Part shown: positions 112,585 to 124,896 of the stretch, one piece after another
How the letters are laid out: each line of letters starts with the position of its first letter
Position numbering within the stretch: the stretch's first letter is position 1
Assembly: GCA_009859145.1 (NCBI GenBank)
Contig: VRVR01000022.1
Span: 20,001-268,000, forward strand
Origin: Andalucia godoyi And28
Taxonomy: Eukaryota > Protista > Jakobida
DNA length: 248,000 nt
Direction of reading: 5' to 3'
Made by a program: the position numbers and the translations under genes
The notes under the pieces: generated by a model
What the model was told of the DNA's origin: nothing
What the model saw: only the letters and a program-made list of their open reading frames with translations
Database searches by the model: none

Positions 112585-114867
112585 TTATTGAGGAACATTC
112601 CAAACCAACACTGCACCCTCATCACCCACAGACACCAACGTGCGGCAATCTGGGGCGAACCGAACTCGTGTTACGGCCCCTGAATGTCCAAGACCAGTGG
112701 CAATGACTTCACCGGCATCATAATCCCAAAGTCTCACAGCACGATCTTCACCACCAGTTGCAAGACGCAGCCCCCGAGAATCAAGGTCGCCGGTCAACAA
112801 TTCTCCGGAGGGAGATCCATCCAATTCTCTGATCAGCGAGCAATCGTATGCATCCCAATAGCCAATCTTTCGGTCAGTTCCCACTGTGACAATCTGCGAC
112901 TCATCGTCCAACAGCGCAACGTCTTTGAAATATGTCTGTGCATACAAAATGTTACTGCGAATCATCCGTCGCAGATCCCAGACGATGCACGAACCGTCAT
113001 CGGACGCTGAAATGCACTCTGCGTCGTTTCTTCGCACTCGGATTGCATTGATGGTTCCCTTGTGCTCCTTCATCGATCCAGCCATCTTTGTGACGGCATT
113101 CCCAGAGCTGGAAAGATTCACCGACCAAACACGAATTTGGCCATCTGATCCCCCCGTTACCACATGCACGCCATCTGCGCAAGGCGCAACAGCAGTGACA
113201 CCAGTAAGTGGTCCAGTTGCTGCTTTTTCGCCTCTCTTCTGCGCTCCAACACCCACAGCATGTGCGTCATCAATAACCCACAGCAACTTGCCAGACTGAG
113301 GTCCAAACGCGCGCAACTTTCCATCGCCGAAGCCGACAAGAACGGCACCGCCGTCTCGTGAAAAAGAGACGCAGTTCGCAGAAACTGATGGAATAGCAAT
113401 GCGAACGAGTTCCTGCCCATTCTTGGAATTCCAGATTCGGACGTCGCCGGCAGAAGAACAGGTGGCAAACAATGCCCCGGTTCCAAATGGGAACGATACA
113501 TCGTTAATTCTTGATGCGTGGCAAGCATGAAACAGCAACGGAGTCACTGCAGTGGAGACAGGGGCAGCAGCAGACGCTGGAAGAGGTGCAGTTGCAGGCT
113601 TTCTGGCAGAGGTTGTTGCGTTCGATACGGGGGCAGAAGACGGTATAGAGGCAAGCGAAGGAACAGTATCGGTAACTCCCATACGCAGGTTGAGAGCATA
113701 CAAATTGGATTGCGTGGTTCCCACCCAAAGCATATCTCGTTCGCCAACAGACGATCCTGCAACTGCGACCGATGTCACCCCACCATCCACAGTGATTTTC
113801 TGCAACACGGCAAGCTCCGCCGTCTGAGCAGAAATGGAGAGTACTGCTACAGACCCATCTCCTCCGCCAACAAGCAAGACCGGACGGGCACTTGCACGTG
113901 CAGCAGCAGCAGCCTTTTGCATTGCTGGAGTCACAGTGGTGGATAGCGTCTTCGTTCCAGCCAGCTTTGTCGCATTTGCTGTGGCCGTCGTCGTTGCAGT
114001 GAACGGCGCAATTGCCACAGAGTTGGGAGCAAGGTATGCGATGGAGGAAACTCCTTGGGAGAAGCGCTCCTTTGGCCCACATGTTCTCAGCAACGGTCCG
114101 TTTCCAAGTGGATTCGCAGCATTCTTCAGACTGATCACGAGAACATCTCCTGCATCCGTGCCTGCATACACCCAGCCACCATCTGCATCGTCGGTGTCAT
114201 TCGAAACTGCAAGGCAGGTCACCGAGCGCTTCATCTTTCCAAGCTGTGCATCCACAGCAGTCATCTTACGAGCTACAAGGTCGACTGTCCAAAGCTTGAC
114301 ACCACCAGTTCCACCAGTCACCAGTCTCATGTCCTTGCCGTTCGATAGCCACTGTGCACAAGCCTGCTCCTCGGACCCGTAGTGAGTTCCGCAAAGCGCC
114401 TTTCCAGTCATCACGTCCCACACAACAATCTGCCTATCGTCGATTCCACCGAGCGAAACCAAAAAGTGCGAATCGTCGGAAAAAGCGAGTGCCGAAACTC
114501 GAACTTTGTGCAACGAAAGCCTGTGCAGCAAATGTCCCTGAGGAGCGCCGTTTGAAGAAGCCGAGGCATAGTCGAGTGCCCAAATGATGATGTCGGCTGC
114601 AAAGCCCATGTGAGAAACCTGACCTGACGCTGCAAATCTGCCGCATGACGAGACAGCCAGCACGGAGATCCGGTTCGAATGTCCAGAAAGGAAAGTCGGC
114701 GATGACGCAGCAGACGGCGAAAGCGAAGACGATTTCAAAACAAGCGTTGATCCCAAAGGATAAACAAGAAATGAACCGAGAGACGCGTGTGAAGCTGAGC
114801 TGATAACATGCACGCCTGAGGGAACAGTCCCAGACAAGCCAATGCACGATGACAAAGCGAGCGACAT
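112585..114867 (-). CDS. CFAP52: cilia/flagella-associated protein 52 (WDR16)
   Basis: VYPLGSTLV, ASGQVSHMGFAADIIIW, KEHKG, SDDGSCIVWDL, TDRKIGYW. Confidence 0.88.
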   Translation of the reverse strand: MSLALSSCIGLSGTVPSGVHVISSASHASLGSFLVYPLGSTLVLKSSSLSPSAASSPTFLSGHSNRISVLAVSSCGRFAASGQVSHMGFAADIIIWALDYASASSNGAPQGHLLHRLSLHKVRVSALAFSDDSHFLVSLGGIDDRQIVVWDVMTGKALCGTHYGSEEQACAQWLSNGKDMRLVTGGTGGVKLWTVDLVARKMTAVDAQLGKMKRSVTCLAVSNDTDDADGGWVYAGTDAGDVLVISLKNAANPLGNGPLLRTCGPKERFSQGVSSIAYLAPNSVAIAPFTATTTATANATKLAGTKTLSTTVTPAMQKAAAAARASARPVLLVGGGDGSVAVLSISAQTAELAVLQKITVDGGVTSVAVAGSSVGERDMLWVGTTQSNLYALNLRMGVTDTVPSLASIPSSAPVSNATTSARKPATAPLPASAAAPVSTAVTPLLFHACHASRINDVSFPFGTGALFATCSSAGDVRIWNSKNGQELVRIAIPSVSANCVSFSRDGGAVLVGFGDGKLRAFGPQSGKLLWVIDDAHAVGVGAQKRGEKAATGPLTGVTAVAPCADGVHVVTGGSDGQIRVWSVNLSSSGNAVTKMAGSMKEHKGTINAIRVRRNDAECISASDDGSCIVWDLRRMIRSNILYAQTYFKDVALLDDESQIVTVGTDRKIGYWDAYDCSLIRELDGSPSGELLTGDLDSRGLRLATGGEDRAVRLWDYDAGEVIATGLGHSGAVTRVRFAPDCRTLVSVGDEGAVLVWNVPQ

Positions 114868-115305
114868 TACCAGATTTTTTCCGCTTGCAGCGTAATTCAA
114901 AATAAAAAATAAGAACAAAATAAAATAATAATTATTACAAAATAGATTGAAAATGAAATGTGAATAGAAGAATGCAAACGGAAAAAGTAGAAGGTACAAA
115001 CAAACGAAAGACAAACGTAAGACAAACGAAAGACAAACGAAAGACAAACCCAAAGGTGCTTTTGCAAGGTCAAACACTAAACCTCGGAGAGGAGTTTTTC
115101 AACGGTTTCGAAATGAAAGGAGGGCCTTGATCCTTGATGCAACTTCGTTTGTTTTTTGGCGAGCGTTCAGGTTTTTTGAAATCAACAGAATTCTAGTGTT
115201 TTTTACAGCCATTCGGTTTTTCTAGTTCCCCGGCTTTCTTCTTCTTCCGTTCTTGATTCGCTCATATTTGTGTATTACGCACATCTCCAAGAAGTGAAGA
115301 ATTCA

Positions 115306-116157
115306 ATGTCGGGCAGCTCGGATTCGGAGCAGCATGTCATTTCTCACGAGGAGCTGGAAAGAATTCATGAGAAGAGTAAGAGAAAGGGAGTAGTATACGT
115401 TTCTCGCGTTCCTCCGAACATGAAGCACACGAAATTGCGCAAGATTTTATCCGAGTTTGGATCTGTGGAGAGAATTTACCTGCGTGCTGAAGACGATGCT
115501 GCGCGAAACAGAAGGAAAGCAGCGAACGGATCCGCGCAGAAACAGTTTGTGGATGGCTGGGTTGAGTTTGCAGACAAGAGGATTGCGCGTCGTGTTGCGG
115601 AGTGTTTGAACGGCACCCCGATGGACCCTTCCAAACGCGGATTCTACCACGATGACATTTGGATGTTAAAATACTTGAAGGGAACAAAGTGGTCGGAGAT
115701 TCAAGACGAGATATCAGAAGAAGCGCATGTCAGAGAACAGCGAGTGCGGGCCGAGGTGCAGACTGCAAAGAAGGAGGTCAGTGCATATATGAGCATGGTG
115801 GACAAGAAGAAGAAGCTTGATCATGTTATGAAACGAAAGGAGGGCAAGCCTGAGTCCATCCACTTGAAGGAGAACAAATTCAGACAGCGACAGGACTTCT
115901 CGCAGACACGATTGCACGTGCTGGATGCTGACGAAGTTCGACAGACTCTGCGGAGCGACGAAGGGGCTTCCACCAGCCATAGTGTGGGCGCGAACCTGGT
116001 ACGCAGATTAGTGGGGAAGTTTACTGGGAAGAGAGCTTTGGATGGCGCTGGAACGTCTTCTGATGGGAAGGCCGTTCATGCGGATACGAACGAACAGACA
116101 GAACGGCATGCAAAGAAATCAAAGAGCGGTGAAAGCGGAATTCGATTGTTTGCGTAG
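115306..116157 (+). CDS. ESF2: pre-rRNA processing protein ESF2/ABT1
   Basis: GVVYVSRVPP, FVDGWVEF, DDIWMLKYL. Confidence 0.9.
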   Translation: MSGSSDSEQHVISHEELERIHEKSKRKGVVYVSRVPPNMKHTKLRKILSEFGSVERIYLRAEDDAARNRRKAANGSAQKQFVDGWVEFADKRIARRVAECLNGTPMDPSKRGFYHDDIWMLKYLKGTKWSEIQDEISEEAHVREQRVRAEVQTAKKEVSAYMSMVDKKKKLDHVMKRKEGKPESIHLKENKFRQRQDFSQTRLHVLDADEVRQTLRSDEGASTSHSVGANLVRRLVGKFTGKRALDGAGTSSDGKAVHADTNEQTERHAKKSKSGESGIRLFA

Positions 116158-116271
116158 CTTGTGCGGTCGTTTAGCAATCTGTAAATACGGTATGTTGTCG
116201 TATCTATGCGTGTGCTGTACAACGTCAATTTGCAATACATAACAGGAAAATGACCGAACGAGGCGACGGAG

Positions 116272-119200
116272 TTAGGAATCTTGTTCGTTGTCGTCGTCGT
116301 CTTCAAGTTCAGCATCTTCCTCAAAACCGGAGACATGCGATTGAGCGGTGTCAGGACGAACAAAGTGCGAATGTGCTTGCAGTGAAACAATGGACTCATT
116401 CATTCGCGAGGCACTTCCAGGGCGCTTGTCCGGTGATGAATTTTCGACAATCGGCAGGTTCTGGCTGTTCTGCCACCAGGAATCATCACGAAGTTGCGCA
116501 TCCGAATTCCACTGACGTCTACCGCCATTACCGCGATTGCTTTCTTCCCGAGAGTCTGTGCGGCTCTGCGAGGATTCCGAAGTCGATCGGGTAGGAAGGA
116601 GTGGTGTAGCGGCTCGTTGAGGGGTTGGGGGACGATTGCCACCTGTACCGGAAGAAGGCCGTGAAGAGCTGCGAACAGGGGCCCGAGAGGACGAAGCAGA
116701 TCTCGCCGACACCGTCCGACTCGAACTCGACGGCGGCCTGGACGCCGACGACGGAGACGCGGAACCATCAATGCGAGCCTCAAACCGCTCCAGCTGCTTC
116801 ATTCGAGCATCGTTCTTGTCGGCGTACGATGCGGCAGTTGGCGTCACTGCATTCTGACGCCGTTTCACCATCACTGGAGCGGATGGAATCGGACTGGCGA
116901 CTGCTTCAGCACGACGCTTCGGAGCCTGTTTCGAATTCAGAGGAGAATTATCTCCAGCAGTCGGATAAATAAATGCGGAAGATGAGCTCATCGACTGCAT
117001 CAACATGGACACGTTCGCGTTTTCGTCTCTTCGCCGACGGACCTGCGGCTCGGGCGAAGGAGAATAGACAGAGTCGTCCCCGTCAAGGTCCTCATACTCT
117101 TCATTATCAAAGCGGGATGGCGATCTTGAAGGGAATGGATTATCTTCAAACAGCAAATCAGGAGCAGAGGGTACAAGAGGAGAGATGGGTTCCGGCACCG
117201 GATCAGGTCTGTGCACTCTCGACGAGTGCGCAGAGTCCAAAGAATATGGATCACGGCGAGTTGCAGATCGCTGAGGCTGACGTGGAGGCCGGTTGGAGGA
117301 CGGAAGTGCGATATTCGGAACCATCGGTATTGGCTGATGCTGGTGCTGCTGTTGCTGCGGAGCCGATCTCATTTCTGTGATCACCCGTTCCTGCTCGTGC
117401 AGCCTCTTCTGCAACTCCTCCTTTTCCTGGCGCAACTCCTCGCGAATCTTTTCGAATTGCTGCATGTACTGCTGCATCATAAATGCCTGCATTTCCATTC
117501 CACCGCCCATGCCCATACCATGCATGCCCATTCCCATGCCCACGCCCATTCCGACACCCATACCTGGCATAGCTTGCATTCCTGCACCCATGGGATTCGG
117601 GGCGACAACGCCTCCGAATTGCCCAGGCATCATACCGGGCATATTCACGCCAGAAGAAGGCCCCAAGTCATGTATCCCCAGCATCGGTACCGTTGGAATG
117701 GAAGGATTCATCATCATCGGCTGACTCAACTGCGAGAGATTGTTAGTCCCAAACTGTGGAGCACCACCGAACGACGGAGACGGAGCGTGACTGGAAGAAT
117801 ACGCAAACGGAACAACTTCTGCAACAGGGCGGGAAGCGTTCGAAACCTGTCCAGGAAAATCGCCAGCATCTCCAAAAACGCCAGTGCTGCGCGGATTTCC
117901 AAACAGAGAGTCTCCTTCATTTTCCGGTGCTGGGGAAAGATGCGCACCAGCCGGCTTTTGCGGCTTGTTGTCCCAGCTCGCAGTATCTACCGGCTTTTCC
118001 AAGTCTGCATTCTTTCGCTTTCCTTTATCTGAAGGATCGGAAAGCTGGTGCCTATGGTGATGGATTCGCGCATTGTTGTATTCATCCTGCCTCCTGAGTC
118101 TTTCTTCCTCCTTCTTTAGCTCCTCGACTCTCTTCTTTTCTCGCTCCTCTTGCTCCCTTTTCTTTTCCATCTCTTCCTCCTTTCGAGCTCTGTCCTCTGC
118201 TCGACGTTCTTCTTCGAGGATTTTCCGTTTCTCTTCCTCCTCCCGTTTCTTCTTCTGCTCTATCTGTTGGCGAAGCTGCTCCTGCAATGCGATCTGTTGT
118301 TGCTTCTTTTGCCGCTTGGTGTCTTCTTCGGACAGAGTTTCATCATTGACATGCCTCTTTTGAACGGGAGAGGATGCTGTTGGGCTGGAGGACACATCAC
118401 CATATGCGTTGGAACCAGGGGCAACTGCTCGCGGAGCATACTCAGCGTCCTTGGTATATATTCCTCTGTCGTTCGTGGCATCGTGCGCATAAACGCCAGG
118501 CTGTGCTGCGGCATTACCATGATAGTCATCGTCTCCACCAAATGGTGCTCCACCGTGACCGCCCCTTGGAGGTGGGAAATCAGCATGAGAGTGAGATGAA
118601 AAGGGCAATTCCATTGCGGGTCCGAACAAATGCGAAGCGCCAGATTGGGGAGACGCACCAGGGCCTTGCGAATGCCTTGCAGCACCGGGAGGAGGCAGCG
118701 GAGGCTGACCTCGCGCATCCAACTTTAACTGCATTTGCTGCTGCAGTTCTCTGGCATACTCCTCCTGCTTCTTCTTTTTCTCCATGTGGATCCTTTCAGA
118801 ATCAAATACATGACCACCCTGATTCGCTTGCATCGCAGCAAACGTACTCTTCGCATCATCCCTGTTTGAAATTTGGCTCTTGAGATCGCCCGCATATTCT
118901 TCTTGCCTTCGTCGTTTATCTGCCACCGAGCTCCCGGAATCAAACCCAGCCATCCCTCCTTGACCAGGAACGGCGTCCGCATATGCGGATTTTGGATCGC
119001 GTGTGCCATGTGACATTTGTTGTCGCAGATCTTCTGCATATTGTTCCTGTTTGCGTCGCTTTTCAGCTGCCATCTTATCAGAATCAAAAGCAAGACCAGA
119101 TTGGTTCGCGAGAGACGCTACATAGGCATCCTTGCGATCCGATGAACCATAGTTCATCTGCTTCTTCAACTCCTCCGCGTATTCCTGTTGCTTCTTTCTC

Positions 119201-120861
119201 TTTTCCAGGGCTAAGCGCTCAGAGTCAAACATGAATCCTCCTCCTTGATTGGACTGTGCACTGGCGAATGCCGTCTTCCGATCATTCAGACCCGAGACCT
119301 GTGTTTGTTGTCTGAGTTCTTCCGCGTACTCCTGTTGTTTTCGTCTCTTTTCTGCGGCTTGCCTCTCAGAATCAAACACCATCCCTCCAGCATTGACCTG
119401 CTGGACCGCGAGCGTATCCCTTCCCCTTCCGATGTCACTTCCGCGAGCCGCCTGCCTTCGCAGATCCTCTGCATACTCCTCTTGCTTCTTTCTCTTCTCG
119501 AGCGCCAACCGTTCCGAATCGAACAGCAACCCGCCTTGGCTGGCCTGTGCAACGGCGAAGTCGGTTTTCCTGTCCCGCGATGGAGAAGCAGCAACTTGTT
119601 GCCGAAGTTCCTGCGCATACTCCATCTGCCTCCTGCGCTTATCAGAAACGTTCTTTTCAGAGTCGAACAGGAATCCATTGCTCGAATTGTTATTTGTCGG
119701 AGCATCAGAGAGGGATTCTCTCTTCTGCATGGCCACACTGTCATCTCGCTGCCATTGTCGTACCTCGACATGCGACTCGAATGCCGCCGCAGATGATGGT
119801 ACAGAAGGGGTTCGTCCAATGGAATTTCTCCTGCCAGACGGGTGCGGGGGAAGCGCAGACGCAGCGGATGCAGCAGCTGAGAGATAGGAGGGTTCCGAAG
119901 CTGTAAAAGGATTCGAGGTAACTGGTGCAATTGCGGGGCCCGGGCCAAACGGATCTCCAAAAATGCGTTCAGATGGAGCAGACAAGACAGGGGCTGGTCC
120001 CGATAGACTTGTCGCATATTGCTGCTGCTCCCCTTGGCGCTTTTGTCGTTTCAACTCGTAGATTCGTTCACGAAGCGACTGTGCTTCTTGTTCCTTTTCT
120101 GCGTTGGTCATAGCAGATATTGGAGCAGACGGAATTCCACTGCGAGGACGCAACTGTGACTGGGATTGGGAGTGTGACGTGTACTGGCCCGCAGTTGGAT
120201 CGCTGTACTGTTGGCCATGGTCTTGACCATGGCCGAGACCGTGATGCTGCTGGTTGGATGCAGAAAAGGGAGAAGCGGGCCTAGCATGCGAACCTGTGGG
120301 GCTGGGAGCAGCAAGCGCAGCAGATGGAGGAGCATCTGTACGAAGCCGTTCTCTTTCCTGCCTGCGCAATCGCAGACGTCGCTCTCGATCCGACTCAAAA
120401 GGATTATACGCTTTCGAGTCACCCCCGCCATACGGAGCTTGACCCTGAGGCGCAGCGGGTGCTCCAAACAAATCTGCGTTTTTAGACGGAGGGCCAGAAT
120501 CAAAGGGGTTCGACGATGGTTTCGTGGGTGGATTCCATGGCAAGTTATGACTAGGATTCGAGCTGTTCGCGTTGAGCGAGAACGGGCCAGCAGCACCATC
120601 CTGTTGATGATGATATTGATAGCTATTATTGGACACTCCAAACTCTTTTTCTTTCATTTCAATGAACCTTTCAAGCTCGTCTTCATGACCATCATTCCCG
120701 CCCAGTCCGTACGCGCGATAGTGCTGGAGAGTCTCCATTCGATCTCTCATTTTCTCAGCCAACTTTGCTCGTTTTTGTTCCTCGGCCTGCTTTTCAAGCT
120801 GCGCTCGAAACTCACTCTGCGTTTCTACTAAATTTCGCATCGGCCTGTTTCGACCTGCCAT
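116272..120861 (-). CDS. CSPP1/CCDC66-like repeat protein
   Basis: seven FDSE..EKR+KQ.EYA.EL..Q repeats plus EK+RKIEEE coiled coil. Confidence 0.6.
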   Translation of the reverse strand: MAGRNRPMRNLVETQSEFRAQLEKQAEEQKRAKLAEKMRDRMETLQHYRAYGLGGNDGHEDELERFIEMKEKEFGVSNNSYQYHHQQDGAAGPFSLNANSSNPSHNLPWNPPTKPSSNPFDSGPPSKNADLFGAPAAPQGQAPYGGGDSKAYNPFESDRERRLRLRRQERERLRTDAPPSAALAAPSPTGSHARPASPFSASNQQHHGLGHGQDHGQQYSDPTAGQYTSHSQSQSQLRPRSGIPSAPISAMTNAEKEQEAQSLRERIYELKRQKRQGEQQQYATSLSGPAPVLSAPSERIFGDPFGPGPAIAPVTSNPFTASEPSYLSAAASAASALPPHPSGRRNSIGRTPSVPSSAAAFESHVEVRQWQRDDSVAMQKRESLSDAPTNNNSSNGFLFDSEKNVSDKRRRQMEYAQELRQQVAASPSRDRKTDFAVAQASQGGLLFDSERLALEKRKKQEEYAEDLRRQAARGSDIGRGRDTLAVQQVNAGGMVFDSERQAAEKRRKQQEYAEELRQQTQVSGLNDRKTAFASAQSNQGGGFMFDSERLALEKRKKQQEYAEELKKQMNYGSSDRKDAYVASLANQSGLAFDSDKMAAEKRRKQEQYAEDLRQQMSHGTRDPKSAYADAVPGQGGMAGFDSGSSVADKRRRQEEYAGDLKSQISNRDDAKSTFAAMQANQGGHVFDSERIHMEKKKKQEEYARELQQQMQLKLDARGQPPLPPPGAARHSQGPGASPQSGASHLFGPAMELPFSSHSHADFPPPRGGHGGAPFGGDDDYHGNAAAQPGVYAHDATNDRGIYTKDAEYAPRAVAPGSNAYGDVSSSPTASSPVQKRHVNDETLSEEDTKRQKKQQQIALQEQLRQQIEQKKKREEEEKRKILEEERRAEDRARKEEEMEKKREQEEREKKRVEELKKEEERLRRQDEYNNARIHHHRHQLSDPSDKGKRKNADLEKPVDTASWDNKPQKPAGAHLSPAPENEGDSLFGNPRSTGVFGDAGDFPGQVSNASRPVAEVVPFAYSSSHAPSPSFGGAPQFGTNNLSQLSQPMMMNPSIPTVPMLGIHDLGPSSGVNMPGMMPGQFGGVVAPNPMGAGMQAMPGMGVGMGVGMGMGMHGMGMGGGMEMQAFMMQQYMQQFEKIREELRQEKEELQKRLHEQERVITEMRSAPQQQQHQHQPIPMVPNIALPSSNRPPRQPQRSATRRDPYSLDSAHSSRVHRPDPVPEPISPLVPSAPDLLFEDNPFPSRSPSRFDNEEYEDLDGDDSVYSPSPEPQVRRRRDENANVSMLMQSMSSSSAFIYPTAGDNSPLNSKQAPKRRAEAVASPIPSAPVMVKRRQNAVTPTAASYADKNDARMKQLERFEARIDGSASPSSASRPPSSSSRTVSARSASSSRAPVRSSSRPSSGTGGNRPPTPQRAATPLLPTRSTSESSQSRTDSREESNRGNGGRRQWNSDAQLRDDSWWQNSQNLPIVENSSPDKRPGSASRMNESIVSLQAHSHFVRPDTAQSHVSGFEEDAELEDDDDNEQDS

Positions 120862-121482
120862 GAGTCACAAACCACACGCGTACGCACACACACACACACA
120901 CACACACAATATACACAATACACGAAACAAGCAAAGCGATTAACGTTGCAAAAAATAAATATTAAATAAATATAATAAAATAAAAAAGACTTCGTTAAAA
121001 ACCGGGATTCTGCTTTTCAATTGGGAGGGAAAACCTGCAAAGGAGGGAAATCTTTTTTACAGCAGCCCCGAGCAGTATTTTCTGCCCATTCTGCTGGACT
121101 CGCGACAAAGTCGGCAGCCATAGGCACGGCGGCAGTTCTGCAACATGGTTGCTTGCTCACTGGGTACTTCAATCGCAGCAAGAACAACGAGAAAGCCCCC
121201 AGTTTTCCACACTCGAGCGCTTCGTGGTTTAGACCGATAGTCTTCGAAGAGTGTTGAAGAAGTTCTCGGCAGTTCTACAGTGTTTTTTTGTGTTCCTGAA
121301 CGTCAAGTTTGTAAATTTTTGTGTCGCTATCTTTTCTTCCCCGTATAGCAACCACTGTCTGGCGTCTGTCTCTCGGTTTTCCTCTTCTCAGCGTCTTTTC
121401 TGCTGGTTAATCCAAGAACAAAGGAGCAAAAGACACATCGATCGATAGAGAAGAAGCAGAAGAAACAGAAGAACAAGGAGAC

Positions 121483-121773
121483 ATGATGGGCCCCAAAGTG
121501 ATTCATGACCGACAGGCGCACCGCTTTCTGATGAAGTTTGATGACAATTCAGAAGGCTATTTGGAGTATAACACGGAGGGGGAAAACTGCTATGTGCTTC
121601 AGTACATTGAAATTCCAGAGAAGTTCCGTGCTCAGGGCCTCGCAGACCAGCTTACCAAGGCTGCATTCGACGAGCTGTCAGCTTCCGGTTGTCAAATCTC
121701 CGTCAAGGATCAGTACATCCAGAAGCACTTTTTGGACTTGCATCCCGAATACAAAAAGGTTTGCAGAGACTGA
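121483..121773 (+). CDS. NATD1-like small GNAT acetyltransferase
   Basis: IEIPEKFRAQGLA..L, C.Y. Confidence 0.7.
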   Translation: MMGPKVIHDRQAHRFLMKFDDNSEGYLEYNTEGENCYVLQYIEIPEKFRAQGLADQLTKAAFDELSASGCQISVKDQYIQKHFLDLHPEYKKVCRD

Positions 121774-121781
121774 ACAAACAG

Positions 121782-121822
<41 letters not shown>

Positions 121823-122180
121823 GGAACGGAAAGGACCTCTCCCTTCCCGGCGCTTGTTGGAACAACTGGAAACAACAGCAAATTCATAAACCCCAGAGCA
121901 AAGGAGAGGATTCTCAACAGCTGTAGCAATAAAGAAAAAAAAAGAAAAGAAATCAACTGTAAAAGACAAACCCACAGATTGCCGTTGGCTCTTCTTTGCC
122001 ACCAATGTTTTCCTTTTCAAAAAATTTCGATTTATTAAAATGTTTTATTTCCATCACACGTGTTGAGTAAGACAGTTATACTTTTTCAAGCCAACGAGTC
122101 TTTCTTTGCTTGGTTTTGAGTGTTTAGGAGGAGAGACAGAGAGAGAAAGAGGGAAAAGAAAGGAAAGGAAAGAAAAGGAA

Positions 122181-123731
122181 ATGTCTGATTCCATTGATTC
122201 TCTTATTTCCAAGGCGGAAGCAGCGGTTCGCATTCAGAAGGTGTGGCGAGGATACTGGGTTCGTCGGGAGCGATCGTATCACCAAGACCGATCACGGCTT
122301 TCAGAGTATGCGCAGCACACGAGCCTGCAAGCGGAGGAAGCGGCGATCCGCATTCAATCCGCATTTCGCGGGACGAAGGACAGGGAGCGTTTGAGAAATG
122401 AGATGAACTCAAATGCAGTTCGGTCGCCTTCACAAAAGCTGCGCATTCCACAGAAGGATAGGAAGTCCGGAGTGTTTATGATTACGAAAGCAGACGGGAC
122501 GGTTGTGGGAGCCGTGGTTCGGATCCAGTCGTTCTTCCGAATGGTTCACGCAAAAGTCTACGTGAGAGAATTGAAGTTCTGGAAGATGCAAAACGATTCG
122601 GCCGTCAAGATTCAAAAGGTGTTTCGAGGAGCTTGCACCCGAAAGAAGGTGCAGTCGAGAAAGCAGAATTACTCGTCTGAGAAGCAAGCGGTGACTCGTC
122701 AGTCGTTGATTGAAAAGTTCAAGGTCCTTTCAGAGCGCAAGGAATTGTTGCAGAACACAAATCTTGCGCTGCATCGCAAACTTGCAGAGTACTTTGCGGC
122801 GAAAAAATCGGACTCGGCTGGGAGTGCAGAGATCACGTCGACGAACGCGGCGGTTTCGGGTGATCTCGAAGCTCGGTACATGAGGTATTTGAGCCAGTTT
122901 CGTGAATTGCACGGAGAACACGAGCGGTTGCAAGGAGAGTACTCGTCCCTTAGTGAGGATATGACTGCACGGCTGGAAGACCGAAAAGCAAAGTGCAGCG
123001 AGTTTCAGGACTCCTTTGTGGCGTTCCGGACAGAGATTTTCAAAGCAGCGGAAAACTCGCGGACTGGCAAGCCCTTGCCAAATTCAGTGATTCAAGGATT
123101 CGAGGAGTCGCTTGTACTGAAGGAGGACGAGGTTTCTCGATCGCGACTGAAGAACATCACATACCGTAATCGATTGCATTCTTTGGAATCCAGTCTGAAA
123201 CAAAAGGAAGAGCTTGCGGAGGGTCTGCATCTTATCGATTTCGAGCAGCTCAAGATTGAGAATCAAACACTGAATGAAAAGATCGAGGAGCGAAATGAAG
123301 AATTGTCGAAGCTGCAGAGGAAGACAACGACCACCGTCCATATTCTGACCCACGTCAAGGAGAAACTTACGTTTGTCCAGGGCGACAACCAAAAACTCAA
123401 GAGAGAACTCGCGGATTTGGAAGACCAAGTTACGCGAGTCCGGGATGTGTTGACGCGAGCCAAGCACGATCGAGATGAAGTCAAGGTCACGAACACCAAG
123501 CTTCGAGAGGCGATGCCGTTGGTCGGAAATGACAGTTTGTTGCTTGATTTCGAGTCGCGCAAGGAACGCGCTGCGGGGCTACGAACGCAGATCAACGGGC
123601 TGAAGGAGCAGTACGAACAAATCAAGATGGAGGCGACACTCACAACGCAGCAGTACCGAAACGCAGAACAGTCTCTGAGCAGGACGCAGCTGGCTCGCGC
123701 ATCAATGACAGGAGTTCCTTTTGTTCGATGA
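122181..123731 (+). CDS. CCDC96/CFAP184-like (DUF4201) with IQ motifs
   Basis: EGLHLIDFEQLKIENQTLNEKIEERNEEL; four IQ motifs. Confidence 0.85.
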   Translation: MSDSIDSLISKAEAAVRIQKVWRGYWVRRERSYHQDRSRLSEYAQHTSLQAEEAAIRIQSAFRGTKDRERLRNEMNSNAVRSPSQKLRIPQKDRKSGVFMITKADGTVVGAVVRIQSFFRMVHAKVYVRELKFWKMQNDSAVKIQKVFRGACTRKKVQSRKQNYSSEKQAVTRQSLIEKFKVLSERKELLQNTNLALHRKLAEYFAAKKSDSAGSAEITSTNAAVSGDLEARYMRYLSQFRELHGEHERLQGEYSSLSEDMTARLEDRKAKCSEFQDSFVAFRTEIFKAAENSRTGKPLPNSVIQGFEESLVLKEDEVSRSRLKNITYRNRLHSLESSLKQKEELAEGLHLIDFEQLKIENQTLNEKIEERNEELSKLQRKTTTTVHILTHVKEKLTFVQGDNQKLKRELADLEDQVTRVRDVLTRAKHDRDEVKVTNTKLREAMPLVGNDSLLLDFESRKERAAGLRTQINGLKEQYEQIKMEATLTTQQYRNAEQSLSRTQLARASMTGVPFVR

Positions 123732-123875
123732 ATCCCTCTCTTGTATGTAAATATGGTTCCGCATTATTGGTTTTTTTTTAAAATTAAAATGCTTATAAAT
123801 AATGTTTTTATCATTTTCATTTTCATTTTTTGTTCTTGTTTTGGGGTCTGGTTCCTCATTTCATTGCTCGTTATA

Positions 123876-124503
<628 letters not shown>

Positions 124504-124896
124504 AAACACCGTGTAGCGTGCTCAGTGCTGCTGTGACGTTGCTCGTGTGTTCAGAGAACTCACACGATGATTCGCCTGCTACGACACCAACAAGACCCGC
124601 GAAGATCGTTTTTGCGCAAAATTTCCCCTGCGACCAGGACCCTTTCGATATCCCTTCTCCCCACCATTTATTTCTTTTTCGCCGCTCATTCCCCAAAAGA
124701 CATCTTTCGTCATCAAACAACTCAACATTCGTCCAAGTTGTGCGGCCGGGGCCTGCGAAGTGCGGAGTGCAGACAGTTTTCCCCCCTTCAGTGTTCATAT
124801 TTTGCTGAAATTTGCAGCTATTGATTGTGTGCATCATTTTTTAATTCATTCCTTCTCTCGCGGTTTATTCGAAAGCCGTCCGAAAACCAGCAAAGA

